Shown piece by piece: positions 12,668-26,500 of a DNA stretch of 64,000 nt (position 1 is its first letter; every line of letters starts with the position of its first letter). The position numbers were made by a program, and so were the translations under genes. This stretch comes from Hypanus sabinus (lineage: Eukaryota). The stretch lies in contig NC_082717.1 in NCBI RefSeq assembly GCF_030144855.1, positions 43,400,001-43,464,000 on the forward strand, in the 5' to 3' direction. Under the pieces are notes generated by a model. It was not told the origin of the DNA. It was given only the letters and a program-made list of their open reading frames with translations, and searched no databases.

Positions 12668-14809
12668 CTAGCAGTGAAAATAAAAAAAAACTGTTAGCAT
12701 TTAAAGACAGAAGGGAGACTCCAGTCACTGGAAATCTGGATCAATGCACTCAAAATGCTGGAGGTACTCAGCAGGTCTTAATTAAGGGTCTTGGCCTGAA
12801 ATGGTCATTTTCCTCTATTAACACAGACCCAGCATCTATTGTGTGCAGGATTTTAAAAAGTGCTATTCACCTGATTCCATAGCTACCTTCTCCAGCACTG
12901 GCAACAATTGCAGGATATCACGTTCCAATTACACTCATAAGCCAGAGCACTGATTCACTCGTCTCTTTGCAGATTTCAGTACTGAGTTCATGGATCCAAA
13001 TGCGGAATTAACCATGATCAAACAGTGATGTTTAAGGCTAAATTTCATAATTCTTATTTGTTATAAATATTTTAGAGCTGTTTAATAATGCAGAATACCT
13101 GCTATCTTCTATTCATGTGTCTGTGTAGGAATAGGTATAGAACTACTCTAGTCAATTCAGTGTGTTATCATGTTATATAGGAGAGAGCCGAAGGAGCATG
13201 CATGTCTATAGAGGCTTTAAGGTTGAATACTTAAGATGCATCCCAGTATCAGGTGGAAACCTTATTAATAAATATTAAATTTAAATGTTTGTCAACCATG
13301 AGTAATAATTATCCTCATTGTGATAAATACTCTTCTGTGATTTGAAAAGCCTCACAGTAAGGTGTGAAGTCTGGTAATCCAGTGGAAAATTAGGTGTCTC
13401 CTGTAGCCAATTTCAATGAGAAGAATGATATCCTATGTTCCATGGTCTGGGACTCGTGATCACAATCATCTTGTGTCTTCCACTTTTTGGCCAGTTTTAT
13501 TTCGATGAATGCAGTATAAGTGAATTATTTAGGGAACATCCAAGATTTAGCTTGAAGCTGGTGGAGAAACTGCCTTCTGCAGAACAAAGTAATTTGGCTT
13601 TGACGTTCAGGTGGAACATTGAAATACTGCCTTGTCTGGATTAGCTCAGAGGCAACAGACTGAAGCTAGTTCTCCAATAAATGCCCAGGACCTTGAGCAT
13701 CCTACTTGCTTCCTTTATGCTGATACTTGTTTCAGTCATGAGCTATCAACGGTGTATATGAACATCAGGTATTTAGCTCAAGGAATGACTACTGTATAGC
13801 AGTTAATAAAGGCTGGTGTAGTTGTAAACAATGTTAGGCCAGGACATTATTGAGGATTCACATGGATCTGATCTTGTCAGCAGGATAGACCAGTAATGGT
13901 TTAAGAATGCATCTCTCTCTCAGAAATATCGCTTCAGAGTTGGCAGTCACTTCTGGTGTTTGGTTAGAACAACTTTCTTCTTTGAAACCCATTTACTCAT
14001 TTGAGTGGGCACCTTATAAAGCTATTTTTATCATCTTGCAAGTTGCGAACAAAGCTCCTATTAGGTAGTAGTTTTGTTCACAACTTGCAGAACATAGTTG
14101 AGATTAAAAGGTGAATTTTCTGGTTTTAGGAATAATGGTGTTATGAGATTAGACTTCAGAATATGGTCTCAAGGATATTGAATTTAAATTTACCAAGCCT
14201 TTCCTTTGGAATACAGTTTCTTCAGAGTTTTTGGGTAAATACCATTAACAATTGTGAAATTCCCTGATAAGATGTTCATCACTGGTACGGTCACTTTCTC
14301 GGCTGTAAAGGCTGTTGTAAAAATAGTGGTTTATTGGAAAGAAAGCTTAAACAGCTGTTTTGTTGCATGTTTTCCATGGAAGTTGTCTCCTCTGAGATGG
14401 CTAGGTGATTGGTTGCAACAATGATGGTTTCATTTGCTTTTCATGCCAATCTGGGAATTCAGAAATGTTGTAAGTTTTTCCCTTACTGGCAGCATCAGCC
14501 CAGTACCATACAAATGGAATTAGATGCCAATAGTAACTCTTCACAAAACCAAGTAGGCATTTCCAGTTGGCTTCTCACAAAAATTGCCATGGACAACATC
14601 CAGAGCCGATCATTATTCCCAAACAATTACAGCTCCAGTTTTGATGGAGGTAGTCACAATTCTCTTGTGGGCAATGGTAGTCCTGGCAGAGTGAAAAGCT
14701 ACTGGCAAAGTTCAACCCATGAACGTAGATCTGTATATCATTGAATCTGCTGGGAATCCAATGGTACCTTTGAAATACGTGGTAGCAGGGATGATGGAAC
14801 AGGAGTCAT

Positions 14810-15232
14810 TGTTACCAGGATCGGATATGGCTCAGGTGTGGAGTAAGACCCACTGAAGCAGGTCAATAGTCCACAGACTTTAATACGAACGGTGTTAAAG
14901 GGAATATAAAACAATAAACGGTAGGCCAAATAGGGCAATTAACTGAAGCTCGCAGAAGGAAAACGAAGCCTACTCTGCGGCTGAAAAGGACATCTAAATA
15001 TTAAATGAATACCGCTAGTCTTCAGAGTCTGTTGACTTGAAAGACCAATATCTCAGGGAAGGCCAAATGCAAACAGAAGCAAAGCATTGCTATGCTCTGT
15101 CCAAGTCTCGACAAGCACTCCAACAACAAGTATGGAGTTAAATACTACCACGATTAAATAATAATTAGCTGACATGTGCAAATTCACAAGTGCAATTGCC
15201 GTATCTACTGCACCGATTATGTGGTTGTGACA
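14810..15232 (-). repeat. 3' LTR of the Gypsy element
   Basis: TGTTAC...GTGACA termini; aligns with 19255-19681. Confidence 0.95.
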
Positions 15233-15295
15233 GGGCCCCCCTCTCCAGGTGTCGCCCCTGAGGAGCCACAGATTGAGTCCCCTGGAAGTCCCAGA

Positions 15296-18040
15296 TCAGC
15301 GACTTGTCCAATTACGTTCTTCTGGTCCATACCCTTCCCAGTCCACAAGGTACTGGACCATACCATGTACCCAGCAAGATGGCAGGAGGCGCCACACAGT
15401 ATAGAAAAGGGAACCATCTACCAGGCGGGGAGGAGGGGGAGATGGGGTGACTGGGGCCAGGGGAGAGGTAGTAACCGGCTTGAGCTGGGAAACATGGAAT
15501 ACTGGGTGGATCTTCAGTGATGCTGGCAGACACAATCTATAGGACAGATTGTTGACAGCCTTTTCCACTACAAATAGTCCCACTTAGTGCGGTGCCAATT
15601 TCTGGTTCTCGACTTTTGGAGGAAGATCCCTTGATGCCAGCCAGATGTCCTCTCCTAGCTCGAATGGCCTTACCTGTCGATGGAGCCAATCAGCCTGCCG
15701 GGAGTGCTCTTTCTGGGCGCACAGTAGAGAAGCCCTGTCTCGTCTCCAGGTGTGCTTGTAGCACTGGATCAGCTGTTTAGCAGCAGGAATTCCTACGTCA
15801 ATCTCCAGGGGCTGGAATCCCTTCTGGCATTCAAAGGGAGACATACTGGTGGAGGACAGCCGAAGGTTATTGTGGCCAAACCAATTGGGAGCCCCAGGAC
15901 GTGGTGTTGGAAAAGGCAAGATGGCGCAGGGTTGTCTCCAACTCCTGGTTCACTCTCTCAGTCTGGCCATTATATTGGGGGTGGAACCCAGACGAGGGGC
16001 TGGCCGTGGCTCCTACAAGACAGCAGAAAGCCTTCCAAAAGCAGGAAGTGAACTGTGGTCCACGGTCAGACACTATGTCTTGAGGAAAGCCACGGAGCCT
16101 GAACACATGATGAACCATGAATGTGGCAGTCTCACGAGCTGATGGGAGCTTGGGAAGGGCAACAAAGTGGGCAGCTTTGGAAAATCAATCCACAACGACC
16201 AAAATGGTGGTGTTTCCATTAGACGGGGGCAGACCAGTGATGAAATCTACTGAGAATTGGGACCAGGGCAGTGGGGCACAGGCAGTGGACATAGCAGACT
16301 CGCAGGACGCTGGCGTGATGTCTTGTTCCGAGTGCTGGTGGGACAGGCAGATACAAAGTCATGGGCATTCTGGGACATAGATGGCCACCAAAATTGCCTC
16401 TTTATAAATTCCCGAGTCCGTTGAATTCCTGGATGTCCAGCCAGACGGGAGAAGTGACCCCATTCCAACATTTTGGAGTGCACCACAGCAGGGACAAACA
16501 GCCGGTTGGGAGGTCCCCCAACCGAGCCTGGATCAGATTGTTGGGCGGATCTCACCTCTGCCTCTATTCCCCAGATCACTGGAGCAGCGATACACGAGTG
16601 AGGAAGAATGGGCTCTGGATCGGCACTGTCCTCAGATCCATCAAACTGCGGGGAGAGAGTGTCGGCCTTTGTATTTATGCTGCTGGGACGATAAGTGAGG
16701 ATGAAATTGAACCGTGTGAAGAGGAGGACCCACCGGGCTTGACGGGAGTTGAGTCTCTTAGCATCCTGAATATAGAGGAGGATCTTGTGATCTGTCCAGA
16801 CCAAGAATGCCCCCTCCAGCCAGTGTTGCCATTCCTCCAGGGCCTCCTTGATGGACAGAAGCTGGGTCTGGGTGTTGCAGCAGCGGGGCAGTGGTGAAAC
16901 GTCGCTTTAGCTCTGAAAACCCTTGGTTGACATCATCTGTCCAATGGAATCCTGCCAAGGTCTTCTTGGCGAGTGCTGTAACTGGAGCCACAATAGAGCC
17001 AAAATTCCGCATGAAGTGGCGATAAAAGTTCGCAAACCCCATGAAGCGCTGTACCTGTTTGACTGTAGATGCTTCGGGCCACTCTTCAACTGCCTGAACT
17101 TTACTAGGGTCCATTTGAACACTGGATGGGGTACATATATAGCCCAAAAGCAATACCTGGTCTTTATGGAATTCACATTTCTCAGGCTTGGCGTATGGTT
17201 ATTTTCAAGAAGGCATCTGAGTACTCTCCGGACATGCTAGACGTGCTCCTGATGAGAGCAGGAATAGATAAGGATGTCATCTAAATACACAAACACAAAC
17301 TGGTTAGACATGTCCCTGAGCACATCATTAACCAAGGCCTAGAATACAGCGGGGCTTTGGCCAGACCAAAAGGCATCACCAGGTATTCATAGTGGCCATT
17401 AGGGGTGCTGCAAGCTATTTTCCACTCATCCCCTTCTCTTATGCAAATCAGATTGTAAGCATTACGCAGATCAATTTTGGAAAATATTGTTGCTCCCTGG
17501 AGATGTTCAAATGCAGATGCCAGCAAGGGAAGAGAGTGGAGGTTCTTCACAGTGATGTTGTTCAGGGGGGATAATCAATGCAGGGATGGAGCTTGCCATC
17601 TTTCTTGCTCACAAAAAAGAAGCCCGCTCCTGCCAACAAGGTTGATGTTCGGATAAACCCCATGCCCAATGCCTCCTTAATGTATTCCTCCATGGCCACC
17701 GTTTCAGGATGAGAGAGGGAAAAGAGCCGGCCCCAGGGAGGGCAGATGCCAGGTAGGAGGTCTATGGCACAGTCGTATGGCCGGTGTGGGGGCAGAATGG
17801 TGGCCTTTCTTTTACAGAAAACTTCAAGGAAATTTGAATATTCAGCCAGAATCCCAGACAGATCCACAACATTAGCTGCCTCAGGGGAGGATTCATGGAA
17901 CGGAGCTTGGGCTGAACCCAGACAAGTATGCCGGTTCCCACTCTTGGAGTACCTTCAGAGACCAATCGATCCGTGGATTATGTCGGGATTACCGGGGAGA
18001 CCAAGGACCAGTGGCAGTTCAGGTGAACTAACCAAATAAA
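15296..18040 (-). pseudogene. Gypsy pol pseudogene (RT-RNaseH-integrase-chromodomain)
   Basis: Fragmented ORFs 17562-17867, 17281-17550, 16758-17153, 16247-16804, 15867-16118, 15584-15919 and 15296-15583 in domain order, with many frameshifts. Confidence 0.95.
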
Positions 18041-18041
18041 A

Positions 18042-18320
18042 CACCTGCCCTTACGCTTCCTCCTTCATCACCATTCAGGGCCCCAGACATTCCTTCCAGG
18101 TGAGGTGACACTTCACCTGTGAGTCGGCTGGTGTGGTAAACTGTATCTGTTGCTCCCGGTCTGGCCTTCTATGTATTGGTGAGACCCCACGCAAACTGGG
18201 AGACCATTTCGCTGAACACCTATGTTCTGTCCGCCAGAGAAAGCAGGATTTCCCAGTTGCCACACATTGTAATTCCACATCCCATTCCCATTCTGATATG
18301 GCGATCTATGGCTTCCTCTA
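18042..18320 (+). mobile_element. PLE GIY-YIG endonuclease fragment nested in the Gypsy element
   Basis: ORF 18133-18321 (VNCICCSRSGLLCIGETPRKLGDHFAEHL..PVATHCN) is a GIY-YIG domain, opposite strand to the host. Confidence 0.9.
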
Positions 18321-19235
18321 AGAAAGACAGCGATCTGGCGGCATTCTTTTCCAGTGCCACTCAGTTACCTGGACCCCTGTGTTCAGTCCATGCTGGAAGA
18401 CAGTGATGAGAGATCTCTCATTCCATCCTGTCTCTACTGCAAGGTTACGGAATTTGATTGCATAGGCTCTCACTTTTCCTCTGCCTTGGAGCAGATCCAA
18501 GAATCAGTGGGCAGCCTCCTGACACTGTACTGGAAGATCAAAAACCTTCCTTAACTCCACCACAAAATGTCGGAATGACTGGGCTGCATCGTATCCTTGC
18601 TCCCGTAAAGTGTTGAACAGGCTGAGTGGAGGTCCGTCAGGAAGATTGACCATGTACGCCAATTTTCGCGCATCATCACCAAAACAACCAGGCTGGGCTT
18701 GGAATGTCAGCTCGCATTGTGTAATAAAATTCCTGCAACCATCAAGATCACAAGAATATCTACCTGGTGGTGGAATGCTTGGTTCCTGAATGGTCGTGGG
18801 AGTTGGATCTGGTCCGGGTGTTGGAGCAGGAGCATTGGTAGCAGAAATTGTCAGGGCAGCAGAAAAGGAGGACATGTGAGATACTGGGAGTGAGACTGAG
18901 GCGGCCTGAAGCTGCTGAGTTGAGCTGACGAGAACGTTAATAGCTGTCAGCTGATGCCGGCTGTTCACAGTAAGTTTGTGGATGGCGGCCGTGAATGCAG
19001 AATTCGCAGATACCTGAGTCCGATTGTCTGTGGTGAGCTGTTGAACGGTTGCGGCTGTTGAGGAACAGGACAGTACCTGTTCCTCCAAGTGAGACTGGGC
19101 TTGTCAGCACAAGGTTATCTGCCTCACTGCCTCCATAACTTCACTGAGAACAGATTCCATTGCCTGTAGCTTGTCTCCTACCTGACCAATGAATCTCACG
19201 GCCAAGGTCAGCTGCTGTCTCTCTGCTGGGTCCAT
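18321..19235 (-). pseudogene. Gypsy gag pseudogene
   Basis: ORFs 18504-19088 (PGRYSCDLDGCRNFITQCELTF..) and 18318-18500 (QG..VRAYAIKFRNLA...WNE..L..F..GL), a retrotransposon gag domain. Confidence 0.9.
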
Positions 19236-19254
19236 CTTTGAGTTCAAGTCTTGC

Positions 19255-19681
19255 TCTTACCAGGTTCAGATGTGGCCCAAATGCGGAGTGAGAGATACTG
19301 AAGCAGGCCAACAGTTCAGAGACTTTTATACAAATAGTGTTAAAGGGAAAATAAAACAATAAATGCAAGGCCAAACAGGGCCATTAACTCAAACTCTCAA
19401 AAGGAAAATGAAGCCTACACTGCAGTTGAAAAGAAAGTCTAAACATTAAACGAATACCGCTAGTCTTCAGAGTCAGTTGACTCGAAAGTCCAATATCTCA
19501 GGAAAGGCTGAATGCAAACAGGCGGCAAAGCATTGCTGTGCTCTGTCCAAGTTTCAGCAAGCATTATGACAACAAATATGGAATACAATACTACCATGAT
19601 TAAATAACAATTAGCTGATGTGTGCAAATTCACAAATGCAATTCCCATATCTGCTGCGCTGCCGAATCCGTGGTTGTGGCT
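19255..19681 (-). repeat. 5' LTR of the Gypsy element
   Basis: Colinear with 14810-15232; about 80% identity by eye over the first ~160 bp. Confidence 0.95.
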
Positions 19682-20699
19682 GTCATTCACTCCAACCCAA
19701 AAATGGAATCAAAATTCAGGATTCAAGATTCAAGTTTGTTTATCATAGGTACATCAAAACATACAATGAAATGGATAACACAACTCATTGTATGAACATG
19801 CAACACACCCAAAGCTCTGCTGGAGACAGCCCATGTGTTGCCACATATTCTTGTGCAAACAAAGCATGCCCAAAACGCTCAGCAGAACAACACAGAACAC
19901 AACAAGAGAAAAACAACAGCAAAACAAGCCACCGTTTCACCCTCTCAGACATGCACACACACAGTCATCTAACCCCTTAACAGTCTGTTTTCTCTGGCCT
20001 CCAACAAACCTTGATTTGGACTCGGATTTGGGTGTGGACATTCAGGCATCGGGCCTTTGACCACCGTATCAGACACACAGAGATTTGCTGACCCAGGAAT
20101 CCAGTCAACGGGTCTGAACTTCCAAACTTCCGATTTGACATTCGGTCCTTGGTCACAGGACTTGCCGCTCATTGAACACTAGGCATCGCAATCCACTCTC
20201 TCTGATTCGTGAATTCAGGGGTCCATTCTATCTCGCTCCTCCTAGCCGCATGGAACTCTGGAACCTGCTGATGGATGTCCCATGTCCATCGGCTGTCCTT
20301 TAAACATGGAGCAGAAACTTAGCTCTCTGGCCTGTCCTCTAATTCTTCCACATTCCTGTCCCTAGAACCTTAGCCCTGGAGGGCTGGGGCAGGGGCTAAT
20401 ACCATCAACCCCATCCCCAAAACCATTCTACGGGCCCAAAAGAACAAAATCTAAAACTAAGCTGCCTCCTCAACAGGCTCCTCTGGCATTGCACCTTGCT
20501 GCTAAATTTCATACTGAATGTAATTGCTTTAGAGCAGAGGGACCTCTTCATTCTCAATTGGCTAAAGAGAGTCATAGCATAAACAAGCAAGGTGAATGCT
20601 ATAACAAGTTTCTGCATAACTTAGGTTTTAAACACTGCGATATTAAATTTGATTCTGAGACTCATTATTCGATCAGTAACTGAGGTACAGCCAATGCAT

Positions 20700-21100
20700 G
20701 AGAGTTGAGATAAAAGGGATGCCAATAAGAAAGCATCTGGTCCAATTTCATCACAACTTGGTTTGGCAACTGCTCTGCCTGAGATTGCAAGGAACTGCAA
20801 CGCGTTGTGGACATAGATCAGAACATCATGAAATTCAGCCTCACCTTCATGGAAGTTGTCGACTCTTCTTGTTGCCTGAGTAAAGCATCCAATGTAATCA
20901 AAGACCCCCACCCACCCTGGCCATTCTCTCATTTTCACCCTCCCCCCTATTTGGGGTGTAGATACAAAAACCTGAAAGTATATACCATCAGGCATAGGGG
21001 CTATCTCACTGCACTGATGTAATAAAATTATCTGCATTGATGACATGCAAAATAAAGTTTCTCACTGTACCTCAGTGCAACTTAACTCTATTTCAAAATA
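20700..21100 (+). mobile_element. Rex/Babar-type LINE 3' fragment
   Basis: WFGNCS...LQRVVD..; ORF 20807-21022 (KASNVIKDPHP..FS..P..GCRY). Confidence 0.75.
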
Positions 21101-23536
21101 AATAAATTCACTGTACCGATATTGCAGTGTTGAGCAAAGTGGAAAACTATGCATCTGATGAAAATTGAAGGATATGTCAAATTAAAGAGGATGCTCAAGA
21201 GTACAAATGTGTGTGTTCTTGACACGTGAAATTTATGTGTGTTTGTGTCTATGTATTGATTTGCATATTATTGTTTGTGCATGTGTTTGTATGTATGGGT
21301 GTGGGTATGCTTCTGACCTGCCAGACAATAGTACAAATAAGAATATTATATTTTGGGTGAAGGAAAAAGAATAAAATAAATTGAGAACAGACTGCACACT
21401 TGGGGTTAAGAAAATAAACTCTTGAGATTTTACTACTGATGTGACTGCTGGTACCAAGATTGTTGCCATTTTTATGTAGTCTTATGTAAAAGGACAACAG
21501 GGGAACTCAATATTGACGGAATCTGTCACTGCAAAGACCAGGAAGGTTCACCCTTTAAGTAATTGGCACATACAGTATTGCAGAAGCACTGAGTTACATC
21601 TGGTGAGTGGGTCACAAGTGCTATACAAGACTCACTGCTATATGTATAAGTGAAAGACTGACAAAATAGCTAAAAGCAGGCTACTAATCTTACTGACTCA
21701 ATGGTTGCAGGCTTTCCTAAGCTAGGATGTCCATAATTCTGAGTGAACTGAGTCACTGAAGAGATGAGTGATAGGGGTAGCATAAAATGTCAGGTATGAA
21801 GGATGTGGTTGAATAACAATATTACTGATTGCATCAAGAATTAATATGGTACATCACATTGGGCCTATAAGAAATGCTGAGATGTTATCCGGTTGATGTT
21901 GTACTGTCACACAAATGAACAGGAGCATAGCATAAAGAATAAAGTGCATTTCACAATAATAATTAAAATGATGATGTATATAAATCTTTTTCATTAATCA
22001 AATAATGTAAGGTATTCACTGAAGAAAACTAGCATAGTTTAAGGTTAAATACGATTCAGTATCTTCAATGAAGAAATACGTGCAGTAAAATCTACTATTG
22101 CAATGCATGAAGTAACTCATTTTGCTCTTACAAAAGTTTTTCTTTATCCTGAGATTTCATTTTACTGTTACTATTGTTAACATTTCCCAAGAGGTTAATG
22201 TAATTTCTTAATCACCGTCTCATCGCCCAGATCTCAGTTTTTACCATATTGGGAACGATAAAAGTTTCAACAGACAGCAGCATGAGGAAGGTTTAAAGAA
22301 CATTGTATCTCATAAGTGCAGTAAAGCTGCACTGGGAATGGAAATATTGCTGTTGCATTAATGTTCTGACTGCACTCCACTGATTGACACACTCGGTGTG
22401 AGTGATACTAGGGATCTTGGGAATGAAAGCTTTATACTTTTCCTCCATGAAGTACATTTTTCCTATTATGTGCTTCACAAATGAGCACTGCACAGTTTAA
22501 TAAGCAAGTAAACTTCAGTAATATTAGCTCTACACTCATTAAATGAGTCCAAGATCTTTCAGTGGAACTACTCTTCAATAAAATGTAATTCTGTAACTTT
22601 TAGTGTTAGGAGCAGCACACCATACAGTGTTTTTTATGACACAAGGAAATCTACTGCATTTTTATATGTCCTGTAAATACAGTCAATTCCAAATAAATGC
22701 ACACTCGACCAAACATAATTCCAATCCAAGCATGGAATGTGAATGTTTCAAATTATCACATTCATTTCAGATGCATAGCATTTCCAATCCAAATACATGT
22801 GAAAGCAAAACATTCTTAAGTTGCTATTTTTTAAGACGCTAAGCACATTGGGTGTTCACAATAAATGTGTTGCTAACTTTGAGTATCACTTTCTAGTAGT
22901 TGGTTAAATATGAAGTTAACCCATTATAGCTCAAAATAATGTCTTGCCTTGCCTCCGAGCACAAAGCTCACATGTGAATATGTACCAGGGCCAAGCATTT
23001 GCCAGCTATATTGTTGATTAAGACTTAAAATTGAAATACAGAATTGATGGAAGGGTCTTGGCCCAAAACATTGACTATCTATTCTCCCCCATAGATGCTT
23101 CCATAGTTCCTCTATTATCTTTTGTGTGTCTCCAGATTCTTGTATCTCTATGAAGTTGATTTGTTTGCAGCACAGTTTTATGAGAAGTTTGAAGCATGCT
23201 CATAACCTTTATCAACATCCACTCAGATTATCTCCATTTGACACACCCTCCCAATTGTTTCCACCATTTTTCTGATTGCCCCTTCTAGGTCATCTCCCTA
23301 CATCCCGCTTTGCTCCGTAACTTGATAGATAACAGATCAAAGACATCAATGCTGTGAGTGTACAAGCTTCCACCATCCACCCAGTTCACTTCAGATTTCA
23401 ATCATCCTTTCATGTCCACCAAAATCTTCATCCCCTTCCTTTATGCCTTCTGGTAATGGGCAACTCTAAGAATGAGACACACAAAAAATCACTGGAGGAA
23501 CTCAGCAGGCCAGACAGCATGTATGGCAAAAAGTAC

Positions 23537-23572
23537 AGTCGACGTTTCGGGCCGAGATCCTTCAGCAGGACT
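23537..23572 (-). ncRNA. Minimal type I hammerhead ribozyme motif (one core substitution) in a PLE terminus
   Basis: Minus strand AGUC-CUGCUGA-A-GGAUCUCGGCCC-GAAACGUC-GACU; stem I AGUC/GACU. Confidence 0.6.
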
Positions 23573-26500
23573 AAGAATGGGAAAAGTGAAAAACTTTTCC
23601 TCAACCAACCCCAAGACTTCACCACTCCAACAAAAATAAAGCCAACCTGTCCACTCACTCCTTGTAACTAAAACTTTCCATCCCAAATGAATCTCCTCTG
23701 TATGAACAAAAATATAATAATTTTCTTCTTTATTGTAGCTACCAGAACTATATAGAGAGATCAAGCAATAATTTTTTTATGTATAATTGGGCCATTACTT
23801 GTCTACTCTGCATTATATTTCCCAGCTAATGAAGGAAAGTATCTCATATATTTCCTTGACCACCTCATGTACCTGTGCAGCTGCCTTCAGGGATACTTGG
23901 ACAAGTTCATCAAGGATGAAACATAATGCAAGAAGTAAGCAAGCTGCACAGATAAACCTTGTTGTCATAGCAGCTTCAATAATTTATTTAAATACCACCA
24001 GATCCTTCAGAATCACATTACCATATGCATCTCTGAGAAAGGTCTCACAGCCAAGATTGCAAAATTAGATAGGGATAGTCTGAGACACTCAGCGTTTCAA
24101 GATTTCACAGGTCTCAAGAGTCCAAGCGATCATATTAGACTACAATATGGAAGCAACATTAATCTTAATTTGCAAAAGAAAATATACTTGATGCTTGGAT
24201 ACATTCCGGCCAGTCGTGCACATAGTTTTGTTTCAGGAATGCTATGGGTCATTGTCGCTGAGCTCTCATTCTTACTTATTACTGGAAATATCCACTGGAA
24301 ATTTTGAATGTACAGGTATCAGATGAAGTTAGGCTTGGATTTAGTTGCAATACTTCCATACTAATGTATTAATCTGCATTGTCTATGCTAACATGTGAAA
24401 AATAATCACTTAGGTGATGTACCAGTGGGGTGGCTGGGTTTGATCCCAGGTTTGTGCTAATTAACTGATTTCAGCAAAGATTATGGCATTACACCTCAGC
24501 ATGAATCGGTATCTCATGGAAATAAGAAGAAAAATTGGGAAAAATAAAAATACATTTGTTTTGAAACCTGCTAGATCACTCAGATTTGAGAGCTCAGCTT
24601 TGATTTTTCCTTCAAACTCAGTTACCTTCTGAGAATGAATTTTGCTGGGGAACTATCAAAGATGAAAATAATTTGTATTCCTTTTGTAAGAACAGACAAT
24701 TCAGTCAGGATTGACAGTGCTGCAGACAGAAATATCTTCTACTTGCCCTATGGATCACAAGGAAAAACATATTGTTTTTTAAAATCTGACATTGTTTTCT
24801 GGTGAAAGATTTTGTTTTGCCTCTAGATATATCAAAAAAAATGGATTATTTTAACTTTACAAATTTGTTTGTGTAATATTACAAACATAGTCTCTGGACC
24901 ACAATGTCCTTCTAGACAGAATTTTGTTAGAAGCTGGATGCCAAAAGTGTAAAATATTGCATACATAAATATATATATAATAAATCCTATATGAGATAGC
25001 ATTCTATGTAAGATAATGCATAGTTTTGTTAATCAGAAATTATGCAGAAATATTGAAAAATAATCTAAAGGCAAAAAAGCAGACATGAAACAAGTAAACC
25101 TTTATTTTCTTTATTCTGGCCAATCTACTTAATAGCAATACTTCAACATCTGTCATAAACTTGGCTGTAGAAACTATCTCCATCCTGCTATCACTTTTAT
25201 TGTGTGTAAATCACTCTTGGTTAGAAGTTTTATGCCAAAATCCGTTTACTGTCCTTGTTCATAGTCTTTCAATTAATATTTATAAGCTGTCCAATGCACG
25301 GAAAGCTGCAGCCAGTTTATTCCTGCTTGAGTTTAGTTTGTGCTGAATTCCCTCCTTGACCACTGACACTATTTAATTACCAGTAACCCCTTTTATTCAT
25401 TGTCATTCACTATGGCCCCAACACACAAATCAGAGCATTTTGTGTTGTTTTAGTAGGAGGGACCTGAACTTTAGTAAAGTGTATGGTGTAATTCATATGA
25501 GAAATAGCTAGGCATTGATGCATGAAATAGAAGCTATCTTAACCACTTTATCACTTAAAGTACTATAGTCTGAGGTTTTGGAATTTCATGTTTCCTGTAA
25601 AATGGGTTGCTTCAACTGAAGACATCACCTTGCCACTATCTATTGATACAAATGAATATTGTGCACATTTTAAACCCAAGTTACCAAAATGGATTATTTG
25701 TGTGGCATATTTTTTCATGGAAAAAGAGATTAGTTTTAATACATGTGTTTTTTTACTGCTAGACAGAAATTAAGTACTTTTGGTATAATTCTCATATTAA
25801 GGTCTGCAGATCTTCAATCCATTAAGATATGCAGATCCTCAAATCAAAATAGTATGATTGTTTTTTTATAATGAGCATGGATTTTTATTGCTTATATTCA
25901 CTGAAACTGTAGTGAGTTCAGAGACCCTGGCTGCCATAGTGACTATGAGCAAAGAGGCCGGTCCGTGAAATATTGTTGATTCATGACAGGAAGGATGGGA
26001 GAATGTCTGTGTTGAAAGCTTTTTATACTGCTTAGCAAGGATGGATGCCTTGATGCTTCCTTTAAAAAGAATGAGGGTATAGAAGTACTTACCTTGAAGT
26101 TATTGCATCTCAGAATGGAATTTTAATGTAAATTAAGAGAATTACAGAGGAACAGATATCAGCAGATATTCCCGTTGCCTCCATAAAACAAAATTTCAAA
26201 GCCATCTGTTTTAAGTCTCATACTTTTGGATTGTTTTGTCACTAACAAATACTCAATGATATCCTAGACACTTACAGAAATATTTTCTTTATTTTCAGTG
26301 TCTGATCTTGGAAACCAGGATGCCAGTTTTAAATTAATCATTATCAATATTAAAAGAAATCTTAAGCCTTTTTTATTGAGGAATGGAAAATGCTGTATCA
26401 AACCACATTCTGAACAAAAAGAAAACATACAGAATTTGAAAAACTTAGATTTAATGTTTAATTCAGTCTTAATTTAACATTTCCAGTATGTTATAAGGAG

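Larger units (their letters stand above)
14810..19681 (-). mobile_element. Gypsy/Ty3 chromovirus (Sushi/Tf1-like) LTR retrotransposon, decayed
   Basis: Two LTRs; TSD GTCAT at 14805-14809 and 19682-19686; PPT next to 15233; gag start ATG-GAC-CCA-GCA (MDPA) at 19235; [12 protein letters not shown] near 17276; integrase [18 protein letters not shown]; chromodomain [15 protein letters not shown]. Confidence 0.97.

Noticed and set aside
14409-14744. 111-aa plus-strand ORF in unique sequence, containing a single X-box-like ATTGCCATGGACAAC (14583-14597)
   Set aside because: Non-ATG start, no recognisable domain or convincing splice context; one motif alone is not enough
16361-16897. 178-aa plus-strand ORF (also 32466-33038, 190 aa)
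   Set aside because: Antisense shadows of Gypsy pol and PLE ORF respectively
18504-19088. Domesticated gag (PEG10/RTL-like) gene
   Set aside because: Frameshifts separate it from its ATG at 19235 and from the downstream gag part; still embedded in a decayed provirus
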